From Klebsormidium nitens (Eukaryota; Plantae; Klebsormidiophyceae), in the NCBI GenBank assembly GCA_000708835.1, contig DF237308.1, positions 1-64,000 on the forward strand: a stretch of DNA of 64,000 nt. The letters run 5' to 3'. The position numbers and the translations under genes were made by a program. Under the pieces are notes generated by a model. It was not told the DNA's origin and did no database searches. It saw only the letters and a program-made list of their open reading frames with translations. How positions within the stretch are numbered: position 1 is the first letter of the stretch; every line of letters begins with the position of its first letter. Shown here one piece after another: positions 60,586-64,000 of the stretch.

Positions 60586-63500
60586 ATGGACGCGCTGCTT
60601 TCGACTGAGGGGTTTTTGGAGGTAAGTCATTTCGTGGTCCTGCTGACCACTCCTGGTTTTCGCCTCCAATCTAAAGTGGCAGAAATGCTGTGGAGTTGTG
60701 TAGCCTAGCTGTAGATCTGAACGCTGATGCCCAACGGGCTCCCTTGGTGGTGCGGAGAAAAGGGGATGAGGATGGAGCTGGTTGAGCCTGCCAGGCGCGA
60801 GAAAGGATCCATTGTAACTAGTTCTTTTTGGCCTTTCATATTCAAGGCAGATCTGAAACAATTGCTCAGCACTTGGGCATAGGACACTCACTTGAAAAGT
60901 TTTCATTCAATCTGCTTTGGTGATGAGCTTGGCCATACACCTGAATCTTTTGCGCCCCGACCCTCCATTAAAGTACAGCGTCAACGACCCTGGCAACATC
61001 CTTAACTTGCACAGTTCCGTATCATGAAATCCCTTTTTGAATGCAGGGGTTTGGAAAGGCCACCTCCATGATCATCTTTTCTGGTGAGTCGAGACTTTGG
61101 AACCCAGCTACACAGTCCCACTACATGGTCTGAAGTGAGGCCTACGGCCCAAGTCATTAAGGCCTGATGTGCTTGATGAAAGTTTTTGGAAGTGCTCGTA
61201 TTTCAAGGACTTTTCAGAAGAAACAGGTTCAATACTTGGTGGTATGTTTCATCCTTTGAATCATGTTGTGATCTGGTATATCGTGTTTGAAACTACGCAT
61301 GTGTGACAATGCTGAGGATTTTCTTTGCAAGCATGAACAGTTTGCAACACGATCCTCTTAGTTGTCTTGTCGTGTCTCAACTTGCACCACCCAAGTCAAT
61401 ACAGCAGAGCCCAAACAATTGTCATTTTATAGTTGTTTGGACCTCCCATGTCCTCACAAGTCTTATCCTTTTTTAAGTCTTGCACTTTTATCCTGCAGAG
61501 ATTGGTGACAAGACGTTCTTCATAGCTGCTCTGATGGGCATGGCCCACCCATTCCACATCATCTTCTTGGGTTGTGGGGGCGCTCTTTGGATCATGACTC
61601 TGCTGTCAGTGGCCCTAGGCTGGGCAGCGCCGACGCTGGTAAGTACAGAGTACACAGGCTTTGCAGTAGTTCTGGCAGAATCCAGGATAATTGCCTGTCG
61701 CCAGGGTGTTGGGAATCATTTCAGCTTGTTTACATTGATTGAAACTCTCAGTAAGAGCTCTAATGAGTAGTTCAATGTGCAGCATGTCGAGATTGCTTGC
61801 TTGGTACACTTGCTTTGAACAACTTGCTAACGTGGTCATTCTGCCTATGTTGCTATTTACAGATTCCAGCGGACGTCACGCACTACTTAGCCACCGTGTT
61901 ATTCTTCGGATTCGGGTTGAAGTCGCTGTATGACGCCTTCACGGGGGAAGGGTGAGCAGCCTCGCCACAGCTTACACATAGGCGTGCTTATGACTCCCCA
62001 CGATTGGAGTAATTGTTTCTGAACTCCTAAGTTAATCGAAAATATGTATCGCTGATTACTCGAGTTGTATAGGGCCTTCCTGGTGCCTTCCTGGGGGCGG
62101 ATTCACTGAATGCTTTGCACCTTCTGCCCGACTGTTACTGAAAGTCACCCTGTCTCGTTTAAAATGGTTACTCGATTCTCAATTGCAGGGAGAGTGGAGA
62201 GTTGGCAGAGGTTGAGGAGCTCGTGGTGAACTTTCGCTCTGACACAGAATGTCCCAATTGGTGTCTCTCTGTCGGCGCATATACCAACCCAATGACAAGC
62301 GACAGTCCCTTGCATGCCAGCCAACACCCAGTCTCTTAAGTGAGGTGTTACACAGTTAGTCACTGATAATCGGATTAGTGGCTTCGATTGACGCCGTTGA
62401 TATCATGCCATGAACTTGATATAAAAGTTTTAGAGTGACCAATTGTCGGTTTTGTGGCTTCTTTTGGTGGCTACTGGCTTCGACGAGACGAAAAAGCTTC
62501 GTTTGCGTGTTTTGCAGGGTGGAAATAGCAAAGCCGTCAAAATTGGCAAAGAGAACGGGGAGGTAAGCAGGGTCCGGGCGATCCACGATTGGGCTGATTA
62601 ATGCTCGTGTGGAAATCTTACATCAACGAAGTTGACATTGGCCTCTCGTGAAACTTTTGTATGGCTCCGTCACTGAAGTACGATCCGCGCAGCATTGAAA
62701 CAAAACGCGAACTATTTTCAGCCAATGTCTTTCAGCCGATCAGTGGTTCACACTTGCTATCGTGTGCAAGGAACTTTCACCGCTTGGTTCGTTGCTGAAG
62801 ATCGTTCAGAAAATCTGGCGCCTGACCTTGCTGCTGCGCTGTCCAGGAGAAGTCCAAGGAGAAGCCGCTCCTTAGGAGTATGTTTTGGTTCTTGTCACCC
62901 GTCTTTTTGAAGGTGGGTAACACTCCCGAGACCCAAGCCCCTTCCCTCTGCTGTGTCCAGGCAGCCTTTTTAGCGTAAAGTTTGCGCCGGCATCTGTCGC
63001 GTTCAGCAATGCAAATTTTCCTGTTGGACTCTCGGGATATGTCTATCAGTTGATGCCTGTTGGCTCTTCGGTTTGTTGTGGTCAACGGTATTCAGTCAGG
63101 TCGAGCCCGCGTCTCAAAGAGCCGGCTCGTTGTGTCGTCTTGTCCCGCAGGCATTCTCGCTCACCTTCTTCGGGGAATGGGGTGATCGGAGCCAGATTGC
63201 GACCATCGGTTTGGCGGCCCAGGACAGCCCGCTCGGGGTCGCGGCAGGGGGCTGCTTGTGAGTGCACCCCGCCATCGACGCTTCACGGAGCCACGTGGTT
63301 CCGGGTCCGGCTGTGTACAGCCCCCTCTGAAAATGGCATGTAGATTGCAGTTTGGGAAGCGCATGGCAGGCTGTCTAGACTTCTGCAAGGTGCTTTGTAA
63401 TCTTGCTGTATGTCCAGTCTTTGAGTTGCCACATGTTATGGGTCTGTCCTACACAAGTTCCTCTGAAAGCCGTCCAATCCTCCATGCATGGAGTAAGGCA

Positions 63501-63981
63501 CGTCATGTTCTTTGCCGGGTCTGTCGTGGATTGAGTCAAAAGAAGGTTGGTTCGAAAGCTGTCCGTCTTTACCTTGTAAGGTACGCCCGCTGTACGTATG
63601 TCATGAGTGGACTGGTTGCTTCTCCGCTGGACACTAATGCTACGAATTGATTCTTCTCATCACTCGTACGCTCTAGTACTGACTTGAGACCGGCCCACAT
63701 ATGTGGACGTACCCAGATCACCACGTGCAGTTTTTGGGTTCAGTTTGGATTGGTGGGTGAACGCAATAAAGTAAGCTGCCTCCCTGCAGCATCATTACAG
63801 GGAGTGTTCGGCGACAGTACACACCAGACTAACCCTCCGCAAGCATTGTGGTCTTTGGTCAATGCGCGTCTGTTCCGGCCCATTCAGTACGTGCGTACGT
63901 CTTTGCAGGGGGCATGCCCTGTGTACCGGTGCTGCTATCTTGGGGGGCAGGCACCTCGCATCCAGGATTTCGGAGAAGATG
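60586..63981 (+). CDS. GDT1/TMEM165 (UPF0016) Ca2+/Mn2+ transporter, short secretory-pathway type; 3' end beyond the window
   Basis: Exons 60586-60621, 61047-61083, 61499-61638, 61863-61951, 62189-~62225, 62518-62562, 62847-62912, 63151-63257, 63909-63981. Both family motifs are present: SEIGDKTFF and FFGEWGDRSQ. Confidence 0.9.
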
Positions 63982-64000
63982 GTGAGGCAGTCTGCACGTG

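Noticed and set aside
1-64000. CRISPR arrays, rRNA, transposase/RT ORFs, giant-virus genes, non-canonical introns
   Set aside because: No regularly spaced repeats or recognisable motifs seen; all reconstructed introns are GT-AG.

Overview
Eukaryotic nuclear DNA with GT-AG introns, GC-rich exons, land-plant-like proteins and an axonemal dynein subunit. This fits a flagellate streptophyte (charophyte) green alga such as Klebsormidium (inference). I reconstructed 11 intron-split genes by hand: pirin (+), GSK3/BIN2-like kinase (-), DET2-like steroid 5-alpha-reductase (+), transportin-1 (-), TIC40 (+), inner-arm dynein light chain p28/DNALI1 (+), a ~1847-aa uncharacterised Calx-beta protein (-), SnRK1 beta-gamma/SNF4 (-, contains a 611-N gap), mitochondrial-type SHMT (+), YKT6 (-) and a GDT1/UPF0016 transporter (+, runs off the window). 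Eight of the genes form four head-to-head pairs. Highlights: (1) the large protein lies tail-to-tail with p28, carries a splice-hidden, gap-free p28-like segment, and also has a Calx-beta domain and degenerate EF-hand-like helices, suggesting a possible flagellar Ca2+-linked module; (2) DET2 (brassinosteroid synthesis) and a BIN2-like GSK3 (brassinosteroid signalling) are transcribed divergently from one shared upstream region; (3) three different TIR-bounded non-autonomous elements sit side by side at 28-30 kb, one with a telomere-like G-quadruplex core. No tRNA, rRNA or CRISPR array was found. Most ORF-track entries are intron-spanning or antisense artefacts.
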